A stretch of 61,507 bases of DNA, the filler included, from Hausera hauseri (lineage: Eukaryota): the NCBI GenBank assembly GCA_046269625.1. It is 12 parts of 12 records of this genome, joined end to end, with 100 filler letters (N's around TTAATTAATTAA, not from the genome) between each part and the next. Parts side by side here need not be neighbours in the genome. Positions count along the whole stretch, not along the records: positions 57,537 to 61,507 come from JBJURY010849413.1; 11 more parts are not named here. One strand, 5' to 3'. The position numbers were made by a program, and so were the translations under genes. Shown here one piece after another: positions 61,201 to 61,507 of the stretch (position 1 is its first letter; every line of letters begins with the position of its first letter). The notes beneath the pieces are model-generated. The model saw only the letters and a list, made by a program, of their open reading frames with translations. It ran no database searches and was not told the origin of the DNA.

Positions 61201-61507
61201 CGTTGTCGGTGACACAGGCAGCTTTTCCTTGCGCTGAGAAACGTCAATCGCGACCAACTGCTCCGAAAAATGATAGCATATGGATTAGTGGACACGTCAA
61301 ATTACCCGCAGAATCATCCGCCATCACGAACAAAATCGGTTGTTCCAAGGATGAAAACAAAGGTCATGTTTAGCACCGAGAATGGATATTCCTGCGCCCA
61401 AAGTGCTACCGTCTCCTGACGGACTGTGGACCGAAAATGTGCGCAAAAGGCGTACAGCTGTCCCAGACGGAAATCAGCCACGGTGATTATCGCCGTATCT
61501 ATGAAGA
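58261..61507 (+). pseudogene. Polinton/Maverick pPolB (N-terminal region, endonuclease VII-like domain, exonuclease, polymerase), degenerate, runs off window
   Basis: VINVQN..EYCFLYSILA; YHYVAVTNLDRLL; VVYADIEA; CYLC...DHLTGRYLGVVCNSCN; KGIFSYDF; DVYLLADVF; GIRGGMT; YIDINNLYG; KLKNNSLYGKTVEN; GDTGS; LRPKCY. Confidence 0.92.

Overview
This is not one continuous locus. It is a concatenation of 12 eukaryotic contigs, mostly 4-5 kb, joined by artificial 100-bp spacers (N44-TTAATTAATTAA-N44). The DNA is mostly AT-rich and dominated by decayed transposable elements: CsRn1-type and other Ty3/Gypsy LTR retrotransposons, Polinton/Maverick pPolB and capsid remnants, Tc1/mariner remnants, and R2-like, Utopia/NeSL-like, RNase-H-bearing, RTE and L1/Tx1-like non-LTR fragments. 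One intact-looking host gene is present: DTL/Cdt2, with 9 exons, mostly 33-59-nt introns and a C-terminal PIP box. A frameshifted FAF1 fragment is also present. The best candidate for an undescribed system is an LTR retrotransposon family, seen as two diverged copies on independent contigs, that encodes a C3HC4 RING finger (putative E3 ubiquitin ligase) immediately before the PPT and 3' LTR. Its LTRs share covarying RNA structures. Other notable items are an intact, intron-containing tyrosine-recombinase (Crypton-like) gene in a GC-richer contig, attached to a 373-bp satellite and an internally deleted R2-like element; CsRn1-like elements whose 3' ends lose homology about 10 bp after the PPT; and a tandem duplication in a DTL intron that copied a splice acceptor. 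All family assignments come from manual motif recognition; no searches were run and the species cannot be determined.
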